Below, piece after piece: positions 11,740 through 21,760 of a stretch of DNA of 64,000 bases. The translations under genes and the position numbers were made by a program. The DNA comes from an uncultured delta proteobacterium. Its GTDB lineage: Bacteria > Desulfobacterota > Desulfuromonadia > Desulfuromonadales > JACZKF01. The stretch lies in the NCBI GenBank assembly GCA_963816395.1, contig CAWFKQ010000007.1, positions 128,001-192,000 on the forward strand, read 5' to 3'. The notes under the pieces were generated by a model. It was not told where the DNA came from, searched no databases, and worked only from the letters and a program-made list of their open reading frames with translations. Positions within the stretch are counted from its first letter, which is position 1, and each line of letters begins with the position of its first letter.

Positions 11740-11772
11740 GGGTCAGGGTCAGGGTCAGGGTCAGGGTTAGGG
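11740..11772 (+). repeat. (GGGTCA)4-GGGTTA-GGG hexamer tandem repeat
   Basis: Read directly. Six GGG tracts; overlaps the rmlC stop. Confidence 0.95.
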
Positions 11773-12312
11773 AAAGAGTTCGGCCATGCGGAATCGACAA
11801 CCCCGCTGGTCTTTTTCGGAGAGGCGCACCGCACCGGTCAGCGGCCAGTCGATACCCAGGTCGGGGTCGTTCCAGAGGATGCAGCGCTCATGTTCCGGGG
11901 CGTAGTAATCGGTCGTCTTGTAGAGAAATTCGGCCGCCTCGGAAAGAACCAGGAAGCCGTGACCGAACCCTTCCGGGACCCAGAGCTGCCGTTTGTTCTC
12001 GGCCGAGAGATGAACTCCGGTCCAACGCCCGAAGGTGGGGGAGGAGCGCCGCAGGTCCACCGCCACGTCGAACACCTCGCCGGCCGTGCAGCGCACCAGC
12101 TTTCCCTGCGGCTGGCGGATCTGGTAGTGCAGGCCGCGCAGGACGCCGCGGCCCGAGCGGGAATGGTTATCCTGCACGAAATGCACGGCAAGCCCAGTCG
12201 CCTCATGGAAGGCACGCTCGTTGTAGCTCTCGAAGAAGAAACCGCGGGCGTCGCCGAAGATTTTCGGTTCGAGGACCAGGACATCGGGGATGTCAGTTGG
12301 CAGTACGTTCAT
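11767..12312 (-). CDS. rmlC: dTDP-4-dehydrorhamnose 3,5-epimerase
   Basis: DARGFFFES, QDNHSRS, LRGLHYQ and GFGHGF. Confidence 0.97.
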   Translation of the reverse strand: MNVLPTDIPDVLVLEPKIFGDARGFFFESYNERAFHEATGLAVHFVQDNHSRSGRGVLRGLHYQIRQPQGKLVRCTAGEVFDVAVDLRRSSPTFGRWTGVHLSAENKRQLWVPEGFGHGFLVLSEAAEFLYKTTDYYAPEHERCILWNDPDLGIDWPLTGAVRLSEKDQRGCRFRMAELFP

Positions 12313-12329
12313 AGGAGCACGCAAAAGTA

Positions 12330-12449
12330 TATTCGTGACGAGTGATTGTTTGGCTCAGCTGAAACGCGATAGAAGGAGTTTATTCGTGGCGAGGGACGAG
12401 AAAACCACAAAAGGTTTCCGCGTTCCTCGTCACGCGTCCCGCGCCCCTC
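12330..12449. repeat. Heptamer-period inverted repeat element in the rmlA-rmlC spacer
   Basis: TATTCGTGACGAG and TATTCGTGGCGAGGGACGAG face CTCGTCACGCGTCCCGCGCCCC. Confidence 0.7.
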
Positions 12450-12450
12450 C

Positions 12451-13341
12451 TTACAATCCCACCCCGTCCCGCAGCACCATCTCCAGGTACTCCCGGTAGC
12501 TCGAGCGGGGAGTCTCCTCGACCACGCGCTGCATCTGCGCCCGGTCGATGTACCCCAAGCGGAAGGCGATCTCCTCCAGGCAGGCGATCTTGAGCCCCTG
12601 GCGCGCTTCCAGGGTGCCGATAAAATGGCTGGCTTCGAGCAGACTCATGTGGGTGCCGGTGTCGAGCCAGGCGATGCCGCGGCCGAGCCTTTCCACCAGC
12701 AGTTCGCCGCGCTGCAGATAGGCCAGATTGAGATCGGTGATCTCGAGCTCTCCGCGCGCCGAAGGGCGCAGCCCGCGGGTCATCTCCACCACCTTGTGGT
12801 CGTACAGGTAGAGGCCGGGAATGGCGTAATGGGATTTCGGCTGCTTCGGCTTCTCCTCAATGCTGAGAACCTTCCCCTGCGGATCGAACTCCACCACCCC
12901 GTAGCGTTCCGGGTCGGTCACCGGGTAACCGAAGATGCGGGCGCCGCCGTCGAAATTCCGCATGATCGAGTCCAGTCCCAGCTTGCCGTAAAAGACATTG
13001 TCGCCAAGGATCAGGCAGACCGGATCGCCCGCGAGAAAGGACTCCCCCACCAGGAACGCCTGGGCGATTCCCTTCGGTTCCGGCTGGACGGCGTAAGAGA
13101 GGCGCAGCCCCCAGCGCCGTCCGTCTCCCAGCAGGTCCCGAAAGCGGGGGGTGTCCTGGGGCGTGGAGATGATGAGGATCTCGCGAATCCCCGCCATCAT
13201 CAGGGTGGCCAGGGGATAATAGATCATCGGTTTGTCATAGACCGGCTGCAGCTGTTTGCTCGCCACCTGGGTCAGGGGATAGAGCCGGGTGCCGGCGCCG
13301 CCGGCCAGGATGATGCCCTTACGAATGCCACTCACCTGCAT
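12451..13341 (-). CDS. rmlA: Glucose-1-phosphate thymidylyltransferase
   Basis: [31 protein letters not shown] and WLDTGT. Confidence 0.97.
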   Translation of the reverse strand: MQVSGIRKGIILAGGAGTRLYPLTQVASKQLQPVYDKPMIYYPLATLMMAGIREILIISTPQDTPRFRDLLGDGRRWGLRLSYAVQPEPKGIAQAFLVGESFLAGDPVCLILGDNVFYGKLGLDSIMRNFDGGARIFGYPVTDPERYGVVEFDPQGKVLSIEEKPKQPKSHYAIPGLYLYDHKVVEMTRGLRPSARGELEITDLNLAYLQRGELLVERLGRGIAWLDTGTHMSLLEASHFIGTLEARQGLKIACLEEIAFRLGYIDRAQMQRVVEETPRSSYREYLEMVLRDGVGL

Positions 13342-13350
13342 ACCTCCGTG

Positions 13351-14276
13351 TCAGCGGGCAGCCGGGCGACCGGCGAAGTAATGCGCCAGACTCTCCCGCC
13401 ACTCCGGAATGGCCAGGCCTGTCGCCCGAACCAGCTTCTCTTTGGAAAAAACGGAATACCGCGGCCGGGGGGCCGGCAAAGGGTACTCCTCGGTGGCGAT
13501 CGGCCGGATATCCCGGACCTTTACCACCCTCCCCTGTCGACGCAGTTGCTCTACGATTTCCCTGGCGAACTCGTGCCAGCTGCAGACCCCGGTATTGGAA
13601 AAATGATAGATACCGTAAGGCCCGGCGCGCGGGACGCGGGACGCGGGCTGCGGGAGAGCAAGAAGATGGAAGATCGCCTGCGCCAGATCGCGGGTGTAGG
13701 TGGGGGAGCCCACCTGGTCGGCGATGATGCGCAGTTCCTCCCGCTCGCCGGCGAGGCGGACGATCGTCTCGACGAAGTTCTTTCCCGCCGGTCCGTACAG
13801 CCAGCTGGTGCGGACGATGAAGAAGCGCTCCAGGCCGGAGGCGAGAATCGCCTCTTCCCCCCGGAGCTTGCTGCGGCCGTAGGCGGAGAGCGGGTTGGGA
13901 GAATCGTCTTCGGTATAGGGAGTCTCTTTCCGACCGTCGAAGACATAATCGGTGGAGATATGGACCAGAGCGGCGCCGGTCTCGCGCGCCGCCTCGGCGA
14001 GATGACCGGGACCGTGACCGTTCACCCGGGTGGCGAGTTCTTCGTTGGTCTCGCAGCCGTCCACGTCGGTATAGGCGGCGCAGTTGAGGATGATCTCCGG
14101 CCGCTGCTCTCCCAGAATGCGCAGGACCCGCTCGCGGTCGGTGAGGTCGAAATCGGGGAGGTCGAAAGGATATATTTCCCACACTTTCGGTGCCAGAGAC
14201 CGCACCATATGCGCCAGCATGCCATTGGCGCCGATGAGCGCTACGCGTTTTCCGTCTTTGGATGATTTTTAGTCAT
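13351..14276 (-). CDS. rmlD: dTDP-4-dehydrorhamnose reductase (apparent 1-nt loss in an A-run near the start)
   Basis: VALIGANGML, NCAAYTDVD, ISTDYVFDG, YGRSKL and DQVGSPT. Adding one A joins the ATG at 14276 to the main frame. Confidence 0.93.
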
Positions 14277-14310
14277 TTCAGATCTTCACTTCAAAGAAAT
14301 TCAAAGCCTT

Positions 14311-14416
14311 CACCACTGAGAGCATCGAGAACACTGAGAAAAACAAGAGCAAATCTTCTTTTGATTTTCTCATGCAGTTCTCAGTTTTCTCTAGTGAGCG
14401 CAGCGAACGGGTGGTT
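14311..14416. repeat. Nonamer-period imperfect palindromic element between rmlB and rmlD
   Basis: CACTGAGAG CATCGAGAA CACTGAGAA ... TTCTCAGTT TTCTCTAGTG, with outer ACCAC/GTGGT. Confidence 0.7.
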
Positions 14417-14437
14417 CAAGACTACTGATTGGTTTGG

Positions 14438-15519
14438 TCAACCTTGCGCACTCAACCGCCCGCCGTACATCTTTTCGTAATATTCTCGATAGTCGCCGCT
14501 GCGTACCGTGGCGACCCATTCGGGATTCTCCAGATACCAGGCGATGGTCCGACGGATTCCCTCCTCGAAGGTGACGGCAGGACGCCAGGCCAGTTCTTCC
14601 CGGATCTTGGAGGCATCGATGGCGTAGCGACGGTCATGCCCCGGGCGGTCCTTGACGAAGCGGATCAGATCGGTGCGCGGCCGCCCGCCGGGAAGCCGCC
14701 CGACCTGTGCGTCGAGGAGATCGCAGATGGTGCGAACCACTTCGATATTCTGTTTTTCGTTGTTGCCGCCGATGTTGTAGGTCTCCCCCGCCCGCCCCTT
14801 CTCCAGCACGGTCAGAATCGCCTGGCAGTGGTCCACCACGTAGAGCCAGTCGCGCACGTTTTTGCCGTCGCCGTAGACCGGCAGGTCCTTCCCCTCCAGG
14901 GCATTGCCGATGATCAGCGGGATCAGTTTCTCCGGGAAATGGTAGGGACCGTAGTTGTTGGAGCAGTTGGTGATCAGGGTGGGCAGTCCGTAGGTGTGGA
15001 AATAGGCGCTGACCAGGTGATCGGAGGCCGCTTTGCTGGCCGAGTAGGGGGAGCGGGGGTCGTAACCGGTTGTTTCGGTGAAGAAGCCGCTCTCCCCCAG
15101 GGAACCGTAGACCTCGTCGGTGGAGACGTGGAGGAAACCGGAACGCGGAATTTCCCTCGCCCACCGCCCAGGCGGCCCGGGCGGCCTCCAGCAGGGTGAA
15201 CGTGCCGAGGACGTTGGTCCGCACGAACTCGGCCGGCCCGGTGATGCTGCGATCGACATGCGATTCGGCGGCAAAATGGACGACCGAGTCGATCCGTTCC
15301 TCCAAAATGAAGCTGCGCCACCAGGGCGGCATCGCAGATATCTCCGCGCACGAAGCGATAGCGCGGGTCCTGTTCGATGTCGGCGAGGTTGCGCAGATTG
15401 CCGGCGTAGGTCAGTTTGTCCAGATTGACCAGGCGGCAGTCAGGAAGCTGCTGCAGGGCCAGCCGTACGAAGTTGGAGCCGATGAAGCCGCAGCCGCCGG
15501 TAACCAGAATTCTTTTCAT
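14438..15519 (-). CDS. rmlB: dTDP-glucose 4,6-dehydratase (frameshifts near 15310 and 15140)
   Basis: [45 protein letters not shown] and DRPGHDRRY spread over three frames. Confidence 0.95.
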
Positions 15520-15545
15520 TCCCTTCCTCAACTCCAGGCAAGCGA

Positions 15546-15573
15546 GTGACAAATGACAGACAACAAAGGACGA
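15546..15573. repeat. Degenerate heptamer tandem (GTGACAA ATGACAG ACAACAA AGGACGA)
   Basis: 7-nt periodicity in the spacer upstream of rmlB. Confidence 0.6.
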
Positions 15574-15577
15574 TTTT

Positions 15578-16894
15578 TCATAGATTCCAGTACAGCAGGC
15601 CTTCCGCCTCGACCTCGTCGCGCCGGAGGATCGATTTGACATCCATCACCACCCCTTTGCCGTTGCCGTTGCAGCAGATTCGCTTCAGGCGGGCGGGGGT
15701 ATAGGTCTTAAAAGCATCATGGGCCACCGCCCAGACGATGGCATCGAAATCGCCGGCACTTTCCGGAGTCACCAGGTCGAGTCCGTACTCGTGCCGCGCC
15801 TCGGCCGGATCGGCGAGAGGATCGCAAACAACCGCCTCCACCTCATATTCCCTCAGCTCCCGGACGATGTCGATGACTTTGCTGTTGCGGATATCGGGCA
15901 CATTTTCCTTGAAGGTGAGCCCAAGGATGAGCACCCGCGAGCCCTTCACCGCTTTGTCCGCCTGGATCAGCTTTTTCACCGCCATCTCCGCCACGTACTT
16001 TCCCATGCCGTCGTTGATCCGCCGGCCGGAAAGAATGACCTGGGGATGATAGCCGATCTCCTCGGCCTTGTAGGTCAGGTAATAAGGATCGACGCCGATG
16101 CAGTGGCCACCGACCAGACCGGGGGTGAAGCGCAGAAAATTCCACTTGGTGCCGGCCGCCGCCAGAACCTCCCCGGTATCGATCCCGAGGCGGTTGAAGA
16201 TGATCGCCAGCTCGTTCATCAGGGCGATGTTCAGATCGCGCTGGGTGTTCTCGATCACCTTGGCCGCTTCCGCCACCTTGATCGAGGAGGCTCGGTAGAC
16301 GCCGGCGCCAATGATCATCTCGTACACCCGGGCCACCGTTTCCAGGGTTTCGGCATCCTGCCCGGAGACGACCTTGACGATTTTGTCGACGGTATGCACC
16401 TTGTCCCCCGGGTTGATGCGCTCGGGGGAGTAGCCGACCTTGAAATCGCGCCCGCATTTCAGCCCCGACTCGGCTTCCAGCAGGGGAACGCAGATCTCCT
16501 CGGTGACCCCGGGATAGACTGTCGATTCGTAGACGATAATGGCCCCTTCGGCCAGATGCCGGCCGATGGTGCGGGTGGCGGCGATCACCGGCGTCAGATC
16601 GGGGGTACGGTGCTGGTCGATGGGGGTGGGGACGGTGACGATGAGAAACGCGGCTTCCCGCAGCCGGGCGGCATCGCCCGTGTATTCGATGCAGGTGGCG
16701 GCCAGATCACGGGCGGAGAGTTCGCCGGTGGCATCATGCCCGCGCTGCAGTTCGCGAATCTTCTTTTCGCTGATATCAAAGCCGATGACCTCGGCCTGCC
16801 TGCCGAACGCCGCCGCCAGCGGCAGACCGACATAACCCAGTCCGACCACTGCAATCTTCGCCTTCCCCGCCCGTATTTTCTCGACCGTCAGCAT
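15578..16894 (-). CDS. UDP-N-acetylhexosamine/UDP-glucose 6-dehydrogenase (TviB/WbpO-like)
   Basis: [42 protein letters not shown] and GLTFKEN. Confidence 0.93.
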   Translation of the reverse strand: MLTVEKIRAGKAKIAVVGLGYVGLPLAAAFGRQAEVIGFDISEKKIRELQRGHDATGELSARDLAATCIEYTGDAARLREAAFLIVTVPTPIDQHRTPDLTPVIAATRTIGRHLAEGAIIVYESTVYPGVTEEICVPLLEAESGLKCGRDFKVGYSPERINPGDKVHTVDKIVKVVSGQDAETLETVARVYEMIIGAGVYRASSIKVAEAAKVIENTQRDLNIALMNELAIIFNRLGIDTGEVLAAAGTKWNFLRFTPGLVGGHCIGVDPYYLTYKAEEIGYHPQVILSGRRINDGMGKYVAEMAVKKLIQADKAVKGSRVLILGLTFKENVPDIRNSKVIDIVRELREYEVEAVVCDPLADPAEARHEYGLDLVTPESAGDFDAIVWAVAHDAFKTYTPARLKRICCNGNGKGVVMDVKSILRRDEVEAEGLLYWNL

Positions 16895-16984
16895 CGGTTC
16901 CCCCTGGCAATGATTTGAAAACGACCCTCGATCTTCGCCTGTCGAAGACCTCCAGGGCCGCCCTGATCCTTCTTGCAGCTATTA

Positions 16985-17626
16985 TTAAATAGCACTAAAT
17001 GAAAACTCCGACAGATTACCACAGGCCGGTTCCCTGGTCAAATCCCTTCCTCTCCCCGGCATCTCCGGCGCCCGGAGAATGAAGCCGGCAGCCTGGCGCA
17101 GATCGCTGAAGCGGCGGACCTGCGGATCGATGCGGGGACTTTCGTCTTCTCCGTAGCCGGTCATGACCAGCAGGGAGGTGCAGCCGGCCCGTTCCCCGGC
17201 CTCGATATCCGCCGCCTTATCGCCCACCATGAAGGAGTTCGCCAAGTCGATCCGATGCTCCGCCGCCGCCCGCAGGAGCATTCCCGGCCGCCCTTTGCGG
17301 CAGTCGCAGTCGACCCGGTACTCTCCGGTTCCCTCCCATGGATGATGGGGACAGATGTAGAAGTCATCGATGGTGGTGCCGAACCGGACCAACTCCGCCT
17401 GCAGGTGGCGATGCAGGGTTTCCACCGCCGCCAGCGGGTAAAACCCCCGCGCTACCCCTGACTGGTTGGTGACGACAATGACCAGAAAACCCGCCTCCTT
17501 CATCTGGCGGATCGCTTCCGGGGCCCCGGGGATGAAAGCGAAATCCTCGATCCGGTGCAGGTACTCCCGCTCCGTGTTGATGGTCCCGTCGCGGTCGAGG
17601 AAGACCGCCCGACGCAAGCCGGCCAT
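16985..17626 (-). CDS. gmhB: D-glycero-D-manno-heptose 1,7-bisphosphate phosphatase
   Basis: FLDRDGTIN, TNQSG, CPHHP...CDCRK and MVGDK. Confidence 0.93.
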   Translation of the reverse strand: MAGLRRAVFLDRDGTINTEREYLHRIEDFAFIPGAPEAIRQMKEAGFLVIVVTNQSGVARGFYPLAAVETLHRHLQAELVRFGTTIDDFYICPHHPWEGTGEYRVDCDCRKGRPGMLLRAAAEHRIDLANSFMVGDKAADIEAGERAGCTSLLVMTGYGEDESPRIDPQVRRFSDLRQAAGFILRAPEMPGRGRDLTREPACGNLSEFSFSAI

Positions 17627-17627
17627 A

Positions 17628-19098
17628 CTACAGTTCCTCATAGGCCTGAAGAATTTTGTCGATGATACCGGTGGTCGATTTGCCATCGACAAACCGGATC
17701 AGTTCCACCCGGCCGCCCCAGCTCTCCACCTGTTCCTTCCCCACCACGCCCTCAGGGGTGTAATCGCCCCCTTTGACCAGGATGTGCGGACGTAAGGCGC
17801 GGATTAGCTCCAGGGGGGTGTCCTCCTCGAACGGCACCACATAGTCGACGCAGTTCAGGGCGGCCAGGATATGGGCCCGTTCCTCCTCGCCGATCAGCGG
17901 TCGCTTCGGTCCCTTCAGGCGGCGCACCGAGGCATCGGAATTCAGCCCCAGCACCAGCAGGTCGCCCAACTGCCGGGCCTTCTGCAGGTATTTCACATGG
18001 CCGACGTGCAGCAGGTCGAAGCAGCCGTTGGTGAAGACCACGGTGCGCCCGCGCCGCCGCTCTCCCTCCAGGAGAACGGCCAGAGCCTCCCGGTGCATGA
18101 TCTTACGGTCGCCATCGTGCTCCAGGTGGGCGGCCGCCAGCAGCTCTTCTCCGGCAACGGTGGAGGTTCCCACCTTCCCTACCACAATCCCCGCCGCCAG
18201 GTTGGCGAGACCGGCCGCTTTCGCCAGGGACAGGCCGCAGGCGAGGCCAAGGCCAAGAAAGGAAATGACGGTATCACCGGCGCCGGTAACGTCGAAAACC
18301 TCACGCGCCCTGGTCGGCAGATGTTCCTCCCGCCCATCGCGGAAAAACAGGGTCATGCCTTCCTCGCTGCGGGTCAGCACCAGCGCCTCCAGCTCCAGTT
18401 CGCTGCACAAGTTTGCGGCCGGCGCGCAGGAGGGAATCCTCATCGACGATGGCAATCCCGGCGGCGCTCTGGGCTTCCCGGCGGTTGGGGGTGAGCACCG
18501 TAGCGCCCCGATATTTGCCGTAATCATCCCCCTTGGGATCGATCACCACCGGAACGCCGGCGCTGCGACCGGCGGCAATGACCGCGGCCAGCAGACCCGG
18601 GGTCAGCACCCCCTTGAGGTAGTCGGAGACCAGGATCACCTGCACTTCGGCGATCACCTGCCGCACCCGGTCGACCAGCCGCGCCTCCAGTTCCGCCCCG
18701 ATCGGTTCGCGGCTTTCCCGGTCGAAACGCAGCATCTGCTGATTGCTGGCGAGAATACGGGTTTTGCGGCTGGTGGTCCGCTGCTGGTCGCAGAGCAGCC
18801 CGGCCGTGTCCACCCCCTGCCGGTTCAGCATCCGCTGCAGACGCCGGCTGTCTTCGTCCTCCCCAAGAACGCTGGCCACCAGGACACCGCAGCCGAGAGC
18901 CGTCAGGTTGTTGACAACGTTGCCGGCCCCGCCCAGACGCAGGTCCTCCCGGGTGATCTCCACCACCTGCACCGGCGCCTCGGGAGAAATGCGTTCGGCC
19001 TTCCCCCAGAGATACTCATCCAGCATAAGATCGCCGATGACCAGCGCCTTGATTCCCGACAGGCGGGAGAGAAAATTTTCGATGTCGATACGGTTCAT
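17628..19098 (-). CDS. hldE: Bifunctional heptose-7-phosphate kinase / heptose-1-phosphate adenylyltransferase (frameshift at about 18410-18440)
   Basis: [36 protein letters not shown] and LVKGGDY. Confidence 0.95.
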
Positions 19099-19136
19099 AA
19101 GATGGATCCAAATAGCTGGTGATGGCTAAAATTCGG

Positions 19137-19195
19137 CGGCCGCGTCCCGATCCGACTGATCGGACCGATCGGACGATCTCGATCCGAGGCGGCCG
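19137..19195. repeat. GATC-rich nonamer tandem inside a 7-bp inverted repeat
   Basis: CGGCCGC ... GATCCGACT GATCGGACC GATCGGAC GATCTC GATCCGA ... GCGGCCG. Confidence 0.75.
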
Positions 19196-19207
19196 GAACC
19201 GTGCGCC

Positions 19208-20169
19208 TCAAAGGCCCTGCCCTATCCTCTCCAGAATAGCCGCCGCGAGCAGCGGAACCATGATTTCATGATGTCCGGTGACGGTAAAACCGCGGCCGCT
19301 GCCGGAGGTCGGGCGTCTGACCACGTTGGTTATTGGCCGGTAGTGCTGGATCATATCGAAGTTGGCGGTGGTGAAATCCTCCACCGGATGTCCGAGATTC
19401 CGGGCAATGGAGAGCGCCTTGAGAAAGACTTCCGGCAGCAGCACCGCCGAACCGACATTGAGCCACACCCCGCCGCCGCCGAGATCGGCCACCACCGAGG
19501 TCAGCAGGCGGAAGTCGCGGAAGGTCATCTCGCCGGTGACCGCGCCGTCGGCCTCCGGGTGCTGGTGGATGATGTCGGTGCCGATCGCCACATGCACGGT
19601 CACCGGGATTTCCCTTGCGACGCAGGCGGCGAGCAGGCTGAATTCCCGGTGCGGGTGCCGGTCGGCAAGAATGCGCCGGCCGAGGGCTTCACCGTAGCCC
19701 AATGGCGGTCGGCAGCGCCTCCTTCAGGATGCGGTTCATCCCGCCGCCGGTCTCCTCGGCGAAACCGAAGTCCCCCGAATGCAGAACCTCGCCGACCTCC
19801 TCCGAGGTGGCCCCGATCAGGGAGACCTCGAAGTCATGGATGGCGGCCGAACCGTTCATCGCCACGGCGGTGATGACATCGGCGTCGATCAGGTTCTTCA
19901 GCACCGGCTGCAGGCCGCACTTGATCACATGCCCGCCCGTAGCCAGAACCACCGGCCGCCCTTTCGCCCGTCGCCCGCAGTATGGCATCGACCACGCCGC
20001 GCAGGCTGTCCGCCCCGAGCAGGCGCGGCAAGGCGCCGAAAAAGGCGTCGAAGCTCATCCCCGCCCGCAGCGGCCGGGCGAAATGCTCGTCGATATTGAC
20101 CTTGTTGTTCCGCTCCCGCAGGGAATAGGTGCGGATACCTGCCAGGTCGACGGGACGATATTTTTTCAT
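19208..20169 (-). CDS. Conserved hypothetical protein with deoxyhypusine-synthase-like motifs (frameshifts near 19975 and 19700)
   Basis: Three overlapping ORFs (19834..20169, 19689..19988, 19208..19702) join into about 320 aa. ATG overlaps the gmhA stop. Confidence 0.7.
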
Positions 20170-20736
20170 TCTCCGACTTCCCGCTCTACCAGGCTGCAGA
20201 GGATGTGCAGGATGGTGATGTGCGCTTCCTGGATGTGCGGGGTCTCCTCCACCGGCACGGTCAGGTTGAGATCGACGATGCCGGCAATGTTGCCGCCCTG
20301 CCGCCCCAGCAGACCCACCGTCCGGCAGCCGATCTTGTTAGCGGCGGTGAGGGCGTGAAAAACGTTGTTGGAATGGCCGCTGGTGGAGATCCCGAATACC
20401 ACGTCCCCTGGCTGCGCCAGGGCCTCCACCTGCCGCTTGAAGACCTCGTCATACCCGAAATCGTTGCCTACAGCGGTGAGGATCGAGGTATCGGTGGTCA
20501 GGGCGATCGCCGGCTAGCGCCTGCCGTTTGCGGAGAAAGCGTCCGACCAGCTCGGCGGCGAAATGCTGGGCGTCGGCAGCGGAGCCGCCGTTGCCCATGA
20601 TCAGCACCTTCTTCCCCTGGCGCAGGGCCTCAGCCAGCATCCGGGCGCAGTCGCCGATACCGGCCACCAGATCCCGTCTCACCTTCTGCAGTGTTTCCTC
20701 ATGCCCCCGCAGATAACTATCGATGAAATCATTCAT
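20166..20736 (-). CDS. gmhA: Phosphoheptose isomerase (frameshift near 20515)
   Basis: [26 protein letters not shown] and HIQEAH. Confidence 0.95.
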
Positions 20737-20814
20737 TTCTCATCCCTTCCCGAAGAGAAGCGAAAAGCCACGGAGCGGACTACGGATCGGCGGCTCCAGG
20801 TCCTGGAGACGACA

Positions 20815-21759
20815 CTACCGCAAGTGCTCCCGGTACCAGGCGATGGAGCGCTCCAGCCCCTCTGAGAACCGGATGCTGCCGCCGTAGCCGAGGAGACGCC
20901 GGGCCTTGTCGATGTCGGCCAGGCTGTCGCGGACATCCCCCGCCCGCGGCGGTCCGTGCACGGCCTGGATGTCGGTACCGAGGAAGCGCTGCAGCTCGGC
21001 ATAGAGCCGGTTCAAGGAGGTCCGCTCGCCGCAGGCGACGTTGAAAACCTCCCCCACCGCCTCCGCGGGAGCGGTGCAGGCGAGGAGATTGGCTTCGACG
21101 GCGTTGGCCACGTAGGTGAAATCCCGCGTCTGTTCCCCATCGCCGTGGATGACGGGGGCACGGCCCCGCAGCAGGGCGCTGACGAAGCGGGGGATGACCG
21201 CCGCATACTGCGATTCGGGATCCTGGCGCGGGCCGAAGACGTTGAAGTAGCGCAGTCCGATCGTCTCCAGTCCGTAGCAGCGGCCGAAGACGGCGGCGTA
21301 AAGCTCGTCGGCGTACTTGGTGACGGCATAGGGGGAAAGGGGTCGGCCGATGCGCTCCTCGACCTTCGGCAGTCCCGGATGGTCGCCGTAGGTGGAAGAG
21401 GAGGCGGCATAGACGAAGCGCCTCACCCCGGCATCCCGCGCCGCCAGCAGCATCTTGACGGTGCCGGTGACGTTGACCTCATGGCTGGTCAGGGGGTCTT
21501 CGACTGAGCGCGGAACGCTTCCCAGTGCCGCCTGGTGAAGAACATAGTCGACGCCCCGGCAGACGCTGCCGGCAGGTCTCCAGATCGCGGATGTCCCCTT
21601 CGATGAAGATCGATCCGGTCCATAACATGGGTCAGATTTTCCCGCTTGCCGGTAGCGAAATTGTCGAGAACTCGCACGCGATCGCCTTGAGCCGAGAAGT
21701 GCATCCACCATATGGGAGCCGATGAAGCCGGCGCCACCGGAGACAAGATAATGAGCCAA
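20815..21759 (-). CDS. NAD-dependent UDP-HexNAc(A) 4-epimerase (WbpP/TviC-like), compensating frameshifts near the N-terminus
   Basis: GGAGFIGS, HQAALGSVPRS, YAVTK and LRYFNVFGPRQDP. Confidence 0.9.
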   Translation of the reverse strand: MAHYLVSGGAGFIGSHMVDALLGSRRSRASSRQFRYRQAGKSDPCYGPDRSSSKGTSAIWRPAGSVCRGVDYVLHQAALGSVPRSVEDPLTSHEVNVTGTVKMLLAARDAGVRRFVYAASSSTYGDHPGLPKVEERIGRPLSPYAVTKYADELYAAVFGRCYGLETIGLRYFNVFGPRQDPESQYAAVIPRFVSALLRGRAPVIHGDGEQTRDFTYVANAVEANLLACTAPAEAVGEVFNVACGERTSLNRLYAELQRFLGTDIQAVHGPPRAGDVRDSLADIDKARRLLGYGGSIRFSEGLERSIAWYREHLR

Positions 21760-21760
21760 G

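Noticed and set aside
11540..11740. ops/JUMPStart antitermination element upstream of wzm
   Set aside because: No GGCGGTAG-type match on the coding strand.
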